The translations under genes and the position numbers were made by a program. DNA of 63,983 nucleotides, the filler included, from Asterionella formosa (lineage: Eukaryota), in assembly GCA_002256025.1 (NCBI GenBank). It is 7 parts of 7 records of this genome, joined end to end, with 100 filler letters (N's around TTAATTAATTAA, not from the genome) between each part and the next. Parts side by side here need not be neighbours in the genome. Positions count along the whole stretch, not along the records: positions 1 to 9,139 come from NKIB01011072.1; positions 9,240 to 18,374 come from NKIB01011076.1; 5 more parts are not named here. One strand, given 5' to 3'. The notes beneath the pieces are model-generated. The model had not been told where the DNA came from, ran no database searches, and saw nothing but the letters and a program-made list of their open reading frames with translations. Position 1 is the stretch's first letter; the number at the start of each line of letters is the position of its first letter. This document shows, piece by piece, positions 1 to 11,392 of this stretch.

Positions 1-216
1 GACAATACTGTCTTGACTTTCCTTCATCTCGGAAGTAATTCAATTGGTGTTGACGGAGCCAAGGCCATTGCAGAGGCTCTCAAGGACAATACTGTCTTGA
101 CTACACTTTATCTCGGATGGAATTCAATTGGTGATGACGGAGCCAAGGCCATTGCAGAGGCTCTCAAGACCAATACTGGCTTGACTGAACTTGGTCTCTC
201 CGATAGTTCAATTGAT
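1..216 (+). repeat. 84-bp tandem repeat encoding LRR units (about 2.6 copies visible)
   Basis: Units 1-84 and 85-168 are identical except at 7 nt; a third, partial unit starts at 169. Confidence 0.95.
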
Positions 217-2475
217 TATAGCTTACTTAATAAAATTCAAAGAACAGTTGAGATAAGCAAGCACGTTCCCAAACCGGATAACATTGATGATAATGTTTTT
301 AAATGTTTCAGGGATCTAGCAGCAGCACTGATCTGGGGGGAAACAGCCCATATCGGGGTGGATGATATTAAAGCCCGGTTGAAAGATTGTCCTGAAGCTG
401 CAAAGGCGCAAGATCGCCATGGAAACACTCTGTTGCACCATGGCATGAAAGTCCGGGCACCAGTGGAAATTATAAATGTCCTTTTAAAAGCTTGCCCTGA
501 AGCGGTGACAAGAAAAGCCAACAATGATGAGACTCCTCTTGACTGTGGTCTAGGAGGGGAAAAGCGAGTGTCACTAGAATCCATCCAAGCTATTGTGGAC
601 AAATATCCCGAGGCCATTAACTCTATGAAAATGCCCTTTATTCCACTTCATTTGGCAATTTTTCGACATGAAAAAGCTCCAGAGATCGAGCAGATCATAA
701 AGGACAACCCAAATTCAGTTGCAAACTATGGCACTCCAAACCTGCAGTCTCCTCTTCTCCTCGCGTTGCAACAAGGAGATTATCCTGATTTTGAGGTCGT
801 CCGTATTGTGATTGAGAAACACCCAGATGCGACTAACACTCTTGATAATGAAACGAGCTATAATCCATTTACATATTGTTTTTCCAGGCTCCTTCAATTG
901 ATAAAGAAATATGCAAACCTTGATGTTGGAGATGACCAGTCCTCTTTCGAGTTAGAAGAAGAGAAACTGTTTAGTTGGTATAAGGTTTTGCGGCTTTTGT
1001 GTGCATCCCTCACTGAGGTTGGAGACATCAAGCAATTGTGCATTCTAGACACACCCCAAGCTAAGAAAGTTTCAGATGGGCCGAGCCTTATCTTTGTTCC
1101 AGAGCGGCTGGGCTTTTTCTTTTGGGTGCTCGCCATCAATGAATTTGATCGATTCGACAGGACTCTCCCATGCCTCGATTTGAATCACGAACCAATAACT
1201 AACTGGACCGTTTTGGAAATCTTGGTGGATCTTGGAACAAAAGATGCGGCCAATATATTCTTCCAGATAGAGGAACAGCTGAGAGGGTCCGAAGAACAGG
1301 ATCAGATGGAAATCTCCATCTATAAACATAGCGCAACGAAAGTAGCGTCATTTCAGTCCATTGCTCAAGTGAAAAAAGAGACATGGCAAAAGGTTGCAAT
1401 TAGGGCAAAGTTGTCCAAGCTTGCTAGGCTCAAAGAGTGGGGTGATAAATATGGAAGGTTTCTTGGAAAATATCAAATGCAGGAGCTGAAGCATTTGTCA
1501 GATACCTGTGTCGTTTATTTTGGAACAGAAATAAATGATAAATCTGTAAACATGAAAGAAACCAATGTAGCTCTCAAGTTCTTCAAAGACAGTTCTGCCT
1601 TCCTGCTTGAATTGGAAAAGCGGTACTTGATCATGAGCAGAGTTCCTGCAACCCATCCTGCATCCCAATTTGTCATTGGTGTGACAGCTGCATATTCAGA
1701 CAGCAAGAAAGGGCTGAATGCATCTGATTATCCGCATGTTAAGTTTGAGTGTAACCAGACAATTGAATGGAAAAAAGGCGACATTGAATTCAATCATCTC
1801 CTAATCATGGAGCGTGGGGGAAGGAATGACCTCAGTGATGTTATATCGGGTCGAAACATTGCAGGCAAGGATGCACTAATGGTGCGTTCCATTGCAATCC
1901 AAATTGCCAAGTGCCTTCAGTTTCTTAATGAAACGTGTAAAGTTATGCACGGAGATGTGAAGGCTCGAAATTTCGTGTCTCGTGGTGAGGGTGTTGGATA
2001 TACTGTGATCGATTTTGACAATGCGGCATTAATTGGCTTGGAAGAGGCTGGTCAGAAGCGAACAAGCTCTGGATACTTGCCTCCTGAACAGGCAGCTGTT
2101 GAATACCATAAGCTTAACAAGAAACATGGTGAGGGTCCTCCAAAAGTTAAAGCCAGTACTCAATATGACATGTGGTGCTTTGGAGTCCTTCTTTATTATC
2201 TCTGCACTGGTAATCAACTTTTTGTTATGAATGAGCGTGAAGAAGTGGAGCTGGATGAGCTAAAGAAAATAGTAAATTGGAGTGACAAAGATTGTGATAA
2301 GGAGGTCAACAAAATTGGTAACTACAATCCCTGGACTCCCATGAAGCCTCTGCTTAAAAAACTGCTCAGAAGAGAACCACTGTCACGCTATGAGAATTGG
2401 ACTGATATTATTGAAGAACTTCAACGCGATAACGCTATTGTCAGACCTGATGGAAACAAGAACCGCAAACAGTAG
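1..2475 (+). CDS. LRR (RNI/NLRC3-like) - ankyrin repeat - Ser/Thr kinase protein, 5' partial
   Basis: Frame is open from base 1. It has 28-aa LRRs (LTTLYLGWNSIGDDGAKAIAEALK), ankyrin-like repeats (HGNTLLHH, DETPLD, PLHLAI, SPLLLAL) and kinase motifs VALK, HGDVKARN, DFD, GYLPPE, DMWCFG. Confidence 0.85.
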   Translation, partial: DNTVLTFLHLGSNSIGVDGAKAIAEALKDNTVLTTLYLGWNSIGDDGAKAIAEALKTNTGLTELGLSDSSIDYSLLNKIQRTVEISKHVPKPDNIDDNVFKCFRDLAAALIWGETAHIGVDDIKARLKDCPEAAKAQDRHGNTLLHHGMKVRAPVEIINVLLKACPEAVTRKANNDETPLDCGLGGEKRVSLESIQAIVDKYPEAINSMKMPFIPLHLAIFRHEKAPEIEQIIKDNPNSVANYGTPNLQSPLLLALQQGDYPDFEVVRIVIEKHPDATNTLDNETSYNPFTYCFSRLLQLIKKYANLDVGDDQSSFELEEEKLFSWYKVLRLLCASLTEVGDIKQLCILDTPQAKKVSDGPSLIFVPERLGFFFWVLAINEFDRFDRTLPCLDLNHEPITNWTVLEILVDLGTKDAANIFFQIEEQLRGSEEQDQMEISIYKHSATKVASFQSIAQVKKETWQKVAIRAKLSKLARLKEWGDKYGRFLGKYQMQELKHLSDTCVVYFGTEINDKSVNMKETNVALKFFKDSSAFLLELEKRYLIMSRVPATHPASQFVIGVTAAYSDSKKGLNASDYPHVKFECNQTIEWKKGDIEFNHLLIMERGGRNDLSDVISGRNIAGKDALMVRSIAIQIAKCLQFLNETCKVMHGDVKARNFVSRGEGVGYTVIDFDNAALIGLEEAGQKRTSSGYLPPEQAAVEYHKLNKKHGEGPPKVKASTQYDMWCFGVLLYYLCTGNQLFVMNEREEVELDELKKIVNWSDKDCDKEVNKIGNYNPWTPMKPLLKKLLRREPLSRYENWTDIIEELQRDNAIVRPDGNKNRKQ

Positions 2476-4690
2476 CCAACACAACTCAGCCAATGTCATT
2501 AACAACAACAACAACAAATGCAGCACATCCTTCTTCTCCAACAACTTCAACACCAAGCAGTAACAATCCTACTGATCTCATTTCCATAGGCCGGTCGAAA
2601 ATGAAGGAGGCTATGGACAATGTGAATTCAAGAGCAATTGAGCTTCCTAAGGAATTCATTATTAGTTGTACAAACAACTTTGCTGCCTTGAAACTAGGTG
2701 AAGGAGCGTTTGGTGCTGTCTACAAAGGCAAGGATGAGAATCAGATTTTTGCTGTTAAATGTATTCTTTTCAATATTGCTGTTGAGAAAAACAAAGTGGA
2801 GGAAGCTACCAAGGGTTTTAAAAGAGAATTGCAGGTGAGCTCATTTGTGGTATCAAATAATGCATTTCGTTTCAAGTCTTTATGTTTCTCATTCTACTGT
2901 CATACTGTTTCAGGCATTAAAGAGGTTCCAACACTCCAATATTGTAACTTTGTATGGCTATCATTTGTCCCCTGATTCGCCTAATCAATACCTTGTGTTT
3001 GAGTATGCATCCAATGGTTCTCTTGATACATTCTATATGAGTGAACAAGAAAGATCAAGTCTCTCAAGTAAGATCCGACTTCGAATCATGTCGGACATTA
3101 TTTGTGCTATCCACTACCTTCATACTGGTACAAAGGACAACCTTGGTCTGTTTCATCATGATATCAAGTCAGCTAATATCTGCCTTGATCAGAACTAAAC
3201 TGCCAAGCTGATTGATTGTGGTCTAGCCAAATTTGTTCTTGTGGATGAATCCATTGAAACCAATAAAAATTTCTTTTCAGTTCAGATCACATCAACTGAT
3301 GGAGTCTTTGGGACACCTGGCTGCAGATGTCCATGGTATTCTAAGGGAGTTAACAAATATGAAGCATCATGTGATGTTTACTCATTTGGCATTGTCATGA
3401 TTGAGCTTGTGACAGGCTGCCTCCAAAATAACAAGTTGGGAGATTTCTCTGAACGCTATTTACCAAGTGATGTCGATGAAAGAACTCCAGCAGATGTAGT
3501 GAAGGAGGCAATTCCAAAATTGATGAAGGATGTTGATCCTCTTGCAGATGAATGGGAAGATGGAATTCTTTCCTCTGTGTGTACAATAGCCATTCATTGC
3601 ATTCAGAACAATCGCACAAAGAGACCAACAACTAATGAATTGGTTGAAAAGTTGGGTCAACTTGTAAGTGGAACAGATCATAATGGGGAATGTGAATTGC
3701 CACAAATGATCACTGCCTTTGACAATCTTAACCTGAATGAAAGCACTTAACAATGTGTCTTGTGTGCCAAGATTCTACTTTGTGGGAATTGCAATGCAGA
3801 GCTGATAAAGGCAATGCAACAATTATCAAAAATAACTATAGTGAACAAGTGAAGTTGATCAGATTGTACCTTTATAATAATTGTGAGCTAGTTAGTCTAA
3901 CACGTCCTAAACAACCATACAGTGGAAATACTGGAACAATGAATGTGAATGAAAGTACCTTACTTTGTATTGTGTTTGGCAAAGGTTCTACTTCTGTTTC
4001 CAATTTCAAATATCATTTCACATGCAGACAATGCTTTGAGGATCATGTCTATACGCATCATGGTGATATGACCATTTAGTGCCCAACCAATGGTTGTGAC
4101 AAGTTCTTTTCTAATACAGACATGATCCAGAGCCAGATCTTGTCTAGCAATCTGTATGACTTTCTTTTGAAGAAACAAGATGAAAATGAGAAATGGTCCA
4201 AGCTCTTGCAAAACCAATCAAGAATTTCTGGAGATGATACCTCATCTAGAGTCACGAGTAACAAAGGCCCTTGGAGTAGAGGCAATGAGTCCCAAAACTG
4301 TCTATATTGTACCACTCAATGAAAAAGTGGAACCAATCTGGAAATGGCCAAAACTTTGGATAAAAACTGAAGTTCAGATATTCTTTGTTTGTCAGCATTC
4401 AGGTGTTGATGTAAAAGAAGCCTTTTTTGCTTACTATGCATGTTACCAGGAAGTGTGTGACAGATGTTGCACCTGATATCAGATGTGCTATGTTTCTTCT
4501 AAAATTTGCAGCACCTATTGGTAAAATTTCAGCTGGTATTGATTTTCCAATTCCAATGGAATCAATTGAGAAATTAGCCAATGAATTGATAAGTGATCCC
4601 CTGAAAGACAAGCTTGATCTAATGCTTTCAAGCAAGCAGCATTTTCTTGAGTTGGATTGGAAGAGGCTAACTCCAATCGTTGGACCATCT
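2451..4690 (+). pseudogene. IRAK/Pelle-like (TKL) kinase followed by RING-like zinc finger and a C-terminal domain; disrupted
   Basis: Motifs LGEGAFGAVYKG and FAVK, a phase-0 intron at 2835-2913 (GTGAGC...TTTCAG), HHDIKSANI, an in-frame TAA at 3196-3198 before TAKLIDCGLAK, then GTPG and DVYSFGIV. These are followed by HFTCRQC...CPTNGC, with further stops and frameshifts up to the TTAGGG tract. Confidence 0.8.
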
Positions 4691-4691
4691 G

Positions 4692-4833
4692 TTAGGGTTA
4701 GGGTTAGGGTTAGGGAAAAGGGACGACGCCTCTAGGCGTCATCCCTATAGAGCATCCAGCCCTTCTAGGGCTGGGCATGTAACTGTAGCACAGAGTATGA
4801 CTAATCCTATAGATGGAAACTGGTATGAGAATG
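4692..4833. repeat. Dispersed repeat: (TTAGGG)4 followed by two hairpins
   Basis: Near-identical copy at 36093-36227. Hairpins are GGGAcGACGCC-tcta-GGCGTCaTCCC and CCAGCCC-ttcta-GGGCTGG. Confidence 0.85.
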
Positions 4834-5265
4834 TATGTTATAGTACCAGTAGGTCTATGGTGGTGCAATGTGGTGCAGCGACAATATGAGGTCAGCAAGG
4901 AGTGCCTTACCGGTAGTTAAAAATTCATTACCGGTAGTAACCTATATACCGGTATATGATACAAAATGCTAGCAATACTTACTAGTACTGGTATGTCCTA
5001 TTACTTTTATGAACCGGGTAGCCTACGGCCGTTGGCTACTACAAAATACATATCTTATATGAATCTGATCGTGATCCTATGTAGAAAATATCACTATGGT
5101 AGTGCAGGCCGTAGCACGGATTTGATATATGGATAGTCTGATGGTGCAATTTTGGTTTCTCTAAGTAACAGTGGTGCAATCGGTGGTGCAATTGTGGTGC
5201 AAATACCAATGGGCAGTTGAATTTACGAATAGTTTTCTCTTTTTCAACCCTGTTTGGGAAAAGTC

Positions 5266-6047
5266 CCGTAAAACCTGGTCTCTCGTACCCCTCAATGTAC
5301 ACAGCCACGACTGATTTACTTAGAGGGGCGTACAAGACAATGGTCCTTTTTGGCTCAATCCAAAATTATGAAAATACCAACTTCACCACCGTTTTCTCCG
5401 TAAATAACAGAGTTAAAAGATATATTGTTGTTAGCCCAAACGGTTTCTATTATCAATAGTTTTTTAATTTTTTTGTGCACTGGCGCATCCGAGAATCATG
5501 ATGGCATCAATATTAACTCCTAGAAGTGAGTACCCTTTGTACATAATCCTACAACAGTATTAATTTGCGTAGGCTCTACCACTTGGATCGTGATGGATAT
5601 GAATATATGCCAATCACATCACTTATATGATTATTCGACCAGAATTATGGCATGCACGAAATATTTCTGCATCATGAGAAGAGCAGCAGACGAAATGATT
5701 CTATGAACGCTTCTGGGAAGCCGACAACATCAAGGTCAGCATTGCCTGAGCCGCCCCTGTAGCATTCAGTGTGTTAATCGCGCCAGAACAATGTTGCAAC
5801 CTCGACTGTTGAAATAAATCACAGGCCAATGATGTCGCCATCGCAATTGTCATTGGCATCGCCCGTGTTGGCGTTGCTTCTTGTTTCAGGATGGTGACCA
5901 GTAAGAATACAATTATAGTATAAATACATTAACAAAACGCTAGAATACAATAATCTGATGGTTTTTTTCTGTACACATGAAACATTTGGGAATGTTGCGC
6001 CAGATGTACAAAGTTATCTGGGGGATAGGAGACACCAGGTTTTACTG
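5266..6047. mobile_element. Non-autonomous Tc1/mariner(pogo)-type element / MITE
   Basis: TIR CCGTAAAACCTGGTCTCTCGTACCCC matches the reverse complement of GGGGATAGGAGACACCAGGTTTTACTG, with TA on the right flank. The left part is homologous to 18500-18737 (inverted). Confidence 0.75.
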
Positions 6048-6361
6048 TATTCTCCTAGTAGCACAGTAGCTGTTTCTAAAAAACGATTGGTGACATGGAA
6101 ATCATTTTGAATACATGCCACCTCACTTCTGAAAGTTTTTGAAATGAAATACATTGGTGGAAACTACATCTAAGCCGCGTATTACGTGAAGTGACCATCA
6201 CATAAATAAGTCTAGTTGATTTTGAATTGATCACATGAATTAGTTGAATACATCAAAATGCTTACTTGAATATATCTATATATTATCTGCATACATCACG
6301 TTAATTATTTGATCAGAGTATCATGCATGCATTCCTGATCATCACTATATTACGTGATCAC

Positions 6362-6455
6362 CTTCACATAATTATTTGAAATACTTCACATAATTATTTG
6401 AAATACTTCACATAATTATTTGAAATACTTCATGTAATTATTTGAAATACTTCAC
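6362..6455. repeat. 22-bp minisatellite, about 4 copies
   Basis: CTTCACATAATTATTTGAAATA repeated in tandem. Confidence 0.9.
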
Positions 6456-7967
6456 TTAATTCTGTAATTTAGTTCACATTGCCTTATAATTTTGTTCACG
6501 TAATTCTATAATGTAGTTCACGTAATGTATTTAATTTGTTAACGTAATTTAAAAGTACAATCAAATATGTTGATTTCTAATTCAACTGCCAGTATTTCAC
6601 ATGACATGGGAAACAAATATCGATATGCAATCAAACACAGCAGTTCTTTCAGAATGGCATCTTCAGTCTTGAGAAGGCAGGCATCATGAGATGTCTGTAA
6701 GGACAATGCAAGACAAACAGAAACCGTTCATTCTGAATGAAAAAATATTCATTCTTGAAAAGGCATCATGGTGCGAAATCGCAACAGGAATGTATCACAC
6801 TGGCTTCCTCCTTGTCCTTGAAATGAATTCTTCATTGACCTGCAAAGATTTACAAAAGAACAGTGTATCAGTAATTCATTTAATAGAACTAGCAACAGCA
6901 GAAAGCAACACACACATGTGCTATTCGACTGTTTCACGGAGCAGTCAAATTGACAGCAGAACACCGGCATTAGCCAGCCACCAGGCAGCACCGCAACTCA
7001 CTGATGCAAATAAATGTAGAGAACAATAACAGAACCATGTGATTTCTCGCTCGCTTTGCTGATACAATTATGAAAACTGAAGATTAAGCTCACCTTGAAG
7101 GCCTCCATTGCCGGTCTCCATATTGTGTCATTTCATCTGCTATCACTCATACTTTTCAAAGAACACTGCTTTTCTGAAAAGGCCTGTTCAAATGTCAAAT
7201 GAATGTTAAAAACAACAGCATATCAGTATGAGTTATCCCTCGCTTGGTGATATGATAGCAAAAATAGCAAGCAAATAAATCTTACCTTAAAAGCATCAAT
7301 TGCTTACCATCTCAATGTTGTGTCATTCCACCTTCTATTGTTTCAACAAACAATATGTGAGTTCTTGGCTGATGTAGGATTTGTTAATGGTGAGACGCTA
7401 AAAAGCTAGAAGGGGATGCTGCTTTTAAGGGTCCTCCCCATGTTGAAAAGATATATTGTGCACAGTGGTGGTTAAATGTTGTCTTTATGAATTCAGAGGG
7501 TCAAAAATCCTGGCTCAGCCATGACTTCATCTTTGTACCAACAGAACCTACAATCTACATGAAATAACGTGGCGCAGTCTTACTTCGTCGGGAAATTTTT
7601 TGATGCTACAAGTGTGACCTTAAAGAAATATCGGTATGACAAGAAGGAGAGGACACAGCCAGTGGTTACTCTTAATATATTCACAGTACGAACGCCATAT
7701 TCTATTGTAATAAGGGGAATACAGGAAGCAATGCTGGTAGTTCAAACCTACAGTTCCACAGTATGCATGTAGAAATGAGTACAGTTTCTCAGTTCGAACG
7801 AAATAATTCCTATTGTAACAAGAAGGGAAAGACGGAAATACTGGTAGGGCAAACCTACAGTCTCACACTTGTAACGATGACCCGGTACCTACTAGCCAGG
7901 AGTACCTGGTGGTACCATACAGTATAGCTATTTGTTAGTATGTCTGAGTGCAACGTCAAAAGACCCA

Positions 7968-8036
7968 AGGTACCAGGTACAAGGTACCAGGTACCAGGTA
8001 CCAGGTACCAGGTACAAGGTACCAGGTAACAGGTAC
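7968..8036. repeat. (AGGTACC)n heptamer array
   Basis: About 10 tandem AGGTACC/AGGTACA units. Confidence 0.9.
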
Positions 8037-8301
8037 TCCCCTGGTACTAGCCCTGGTAGTATGTATCATAGTAGCCCTGAGTAGGCCTTTTATACCGGTA
8101 CCTGGTCCCAGGTACCATACCTACTATTCATTAGCTGAGGTCAACACACTCAGCATCACGATGCCATTCCAGACACATTCACAATACACCAGGTATATTA
8201 TCCATATATTTTGTATCTTTAGAATTCATACGAAATATAGTTTATGTAAAAGAATAAGAGAATTCATATTGGATGCTGACAATATCGATGGTAAGGATGA
8301 T

Positions 8302-9139
8302 TGTTGATATGCTTCATGTGACAAAATCTAGGATGATTTCAGTTAGGGTTAACAGCATTCCATCAATGTACATGTCGTCAATATTATACAGAGAAACTGT
8401 TTCCGGTGAGAAATATTTGAACTAATGTTAATGAAGACGAACATACAAATAATAAGATGGGATGGAATATTTGGAAAGTTAAATGTTCTATGTAATGAAC
8501 TATTCACAGGCATGTCGTCGCCATTGGAGCTGCCGACAATGTAAGTAAAACAATATTCTATATGTGTTATGAATTAAAAGAATGATTGAATGATCAGGAA
8601 CAGATCATTATCATTACTTGGTTATCTGTATGAAAGTTTGGACAAAAGATCCAAGATCCAACTGATCTGAAATAAGTGGAGTTGAATCGATTGTAAATCG
8701 ATTTCTAGTTTTATAAGCTCACAATAAAATAAAGAAGCAAAACGTTGCTGTCTACATTTAACTTGTCTAAAAGAAAGACTATAGCATACAGCGTGTACAA
8801 ACGTGTACTGCTACTGGTGTAAGGAATTTAACACGTTTATAAACGGACCTATTGCTTTACACAGATTACCAACGCAGCATCATGGCTGATGAGAAATCGG
8901 GCGAGGTCATTCGCTTGATAAAGTTTGATGGAGAGGAATCAAACTGGCATGAATGGAGTGTCAAAACTCTATCTCTATCTAAGATCAAGGGCTTTCGCCT
9001 TGTCTATGCAAGTGATACGAAACCATGCAGCGACACAACATATGCAACCTCTGCTACTGATGCAGAAAAGAAAATCTATGAAGCCAATGACAAGGCATAT
9101 CAACAACTAATAATGAGCTGCACAGGCATTGCGTTTGGT
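8302..9139 (+). mobile_element. Ty1/Copia LTR retrotransposon 5' end: putative LTR (to 8833) plus gag N-terminus (ATG 8882), cut by scaffold end
   Basis: Gag-like IRLIKFDGEESNWHEWSVKTLSLSKIKGF...NDKAYQQLIMSC. The putative LTR ends TTTAACA followed by CGTTTAT. The left LTR boundary is a guess. Confidence 0.7.
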
Positions 9140-9239
9140 NNNNNNNNNNNNNNNNNNNNNNNNNNNNNNNNNNNNNNNNNNNNTTAATTAATTAANNNNN
9201 NNNNNNNNNNNNNNNNNNNNNNNNNNNNNNNNNNNNNNN
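9140..9239. other. Artificial scaffold spacer
   Basis: N44-TTAATTAATTAA-N44 (stops in all six frames). Confidence 0.98.
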
Positions 9240-10084
9240 GGGGGGGGTGCTTTGGGTAGTGCCGGTGACCTAATAACAGGTTAATTGATAATCTAAATGA
9301 ATAAATTTAGAGAAAAAAAAATACATGTTGGGGCATTTTGTCAATGTGATCAATTGGTAGGCTGCTTGCTAGACAATTTGTATGCAATGGCATACCAAAT
9401 TATGATTTCCCAGCTACAGTACATCAGAGAATTTCATTTTGCCACTCCTCCAGCCATTGCTACATCTGCCCATAGAATTACCTGCTTTTTGCTTCCATTT
9501 TCCCGGTGAAGAAAGATGTAATATGACATCTGTGTCTGTGAATGAAAAAGGTGTTAGGCCTAACATTCTTGCTCTTTTACCAACTGCCCCAAAATTATTG
9601 CAGAATGGCATATTTATATTGATCATTCATAAAAGGTTATTGATTGATAACTTTTTGGGTGTCTGATAATAAACATATACATGTTTGATTATATACGTAT
9701 TGTTATTGTATCAAACAGTTTTTAATGTTGCATCAATTTGTGTACAATTTGTATTATACAGTGAATGTATATGTATATATCAATTCATTCTAAACTCAAT
9801 GATCAAACAATGCTGGTGTTGTCGTTAATACAGCACTGATACTATTTTGTTATCAAATGGATTTCCAATATATGATCTAAAGATAGAAACTGTTCAATAA
9901 AGTCAATTGATATATTGATCTGCTGACGTTTGGAGTGCTTTGATCAAATGGTATTTTGGTTTTCGACCTAATGTTATTATTTCTAAAGATCTAAGGAAAT
10001 CTTACTATTGATCAAACATATTATCATGTCAGATCAATGATAAACACAAATAGAGCTAAATAGATCGCTACTTAATAATAAACG

Positions 10085-10200
10085 TGTTAAAGTATCTTGT
10101 ACTCTTGAGTAGTATACATCTATACTTCACTTGCTTTCAGCTGGCTGTAGTATCTTGTAATCTACTTCTAGATATTAAGTAATCGTCAGAAACTCCCTTA
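10085..10200 (-). mobile_element. LTR 3' end of a probable Copia element (extent beyond 10200 not resolved)
   Basis: Homologous to 45637-45741, with similarity starting exactly at TGTTAAAG. On the minus strand it reads ...TTTAACA-CGTTTAT, as at 8827-8840. Confidence 0.6.
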
Positions 10201-11392
10201 AAGTAGCAATTTTGCCTATTGTGTGACATCATCATTTCAACGCAACTGCCATTGGTATCATGAAGCAGATAAATTACGCACCATGTCACTCTACTTTAAA
10301 CTGTGACTTTGATTAGAATTATAATCATGATAAGGTTAATTAATGATAAAAGAATGCAAATGATATGATAAGAATTAGCTATTCTTATCGTGAATACTTG
10401 TTGTTATTAATATCTGTCAATCAAGTGAAATTCAAATAAAATACAAAGGCTTACGAAAGTGAAAAGAGGGTCTATATATATATAGTAGGGCTGTGCTACT
10501 CCACATCTTCAGATACCAAGTAAGTATATGCATGCATTGACATTATTGTCTAATGGTCTGCTAGTTGTCAAAAAACAGATACACTTAGTCACATATATTT
10601 AATAACTTCACTTTTATTAGCGCCTTAAGACTATTAAATTTCTAATAGAATAACCCGGATGGCGCTTTCTGGCGTTATCAGCCCTGGATACTCATCGAGA
10701 ACCCAACCCATGATCAACCCAACAGACGTCGTGGTGATGGTGAGTGCTAAAATGTGGGGAAAGAGGTGGGTACACTCCCTCGAATGGGAGTCAAGGCAAC
10801 TTGTACACCGAGGTTTTGCAATGGTGATGCTGTAAATACTTCAATCTTCTACAAGAATGACCTCCCCAAGAAGAAAGTGGACAGCTTGGTTTGGACCCTG
10901 CCCTTGGGAGGTGGCCACGCTGGTGGTATAGGTGGGGGACTATAGTATGCGCCTCGCATTCTATATGTGTGAAATTTGAACTAATGGGAACATACTGGAA
11001 CCTACTAGGAAATTGTACAACTAAATAGTTCATAAATATCCAGGTCGTAGTCAGAGCAGCTACCGCATCGACCAAATACCAAAGCCAATTGCATTTGAAA
11101 ATATCAATACACATAATTTGGTCGAGAATTTTTCATCAAATTTTCAATTTCTTTCCCACAGCATCGACCAAATCTTTTAACAGTCAAATCTCGCGCCTAA
11201 ACTTTTAGCCAATAGAAATAAAGATAGACTTTAGCTACGTGTATCGCTTTTAATTCATGAAGTAGCCGCATACATACCTTATTCTTAGACGGCTAGCGAT
11301 ACGCTTCTCTGGTACTTCTGCCCATCAAAAGATATTACGACTATGGCTTCTTTATTACCAATAAATATGACTCTAATTTATACACAGCGAAA

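Noticed and set aside
4692..4715. True telomere
   Set aside because: Only four units, internal to a scaffold, and part of a dispersed repeat.
4741..4800. Telomerase RNA or ribozyme in the double-hairpin repeat
   Set aside because: No recognisable promoter or catalytic core; the TTAGGG tract is of variable length and sits at the element edge.
6362..6455. CRISPR-like array (also 14143-14245 and 60423-60510)
   Set aside because: Head-to-tail repeats without unique spacers, no cas genes, and a eukaryotic context.
7090..7340. Two similar minus-strand exon-like segments ending AFK-GT
   Set aside because: Both contain stops and no product could be recognised.
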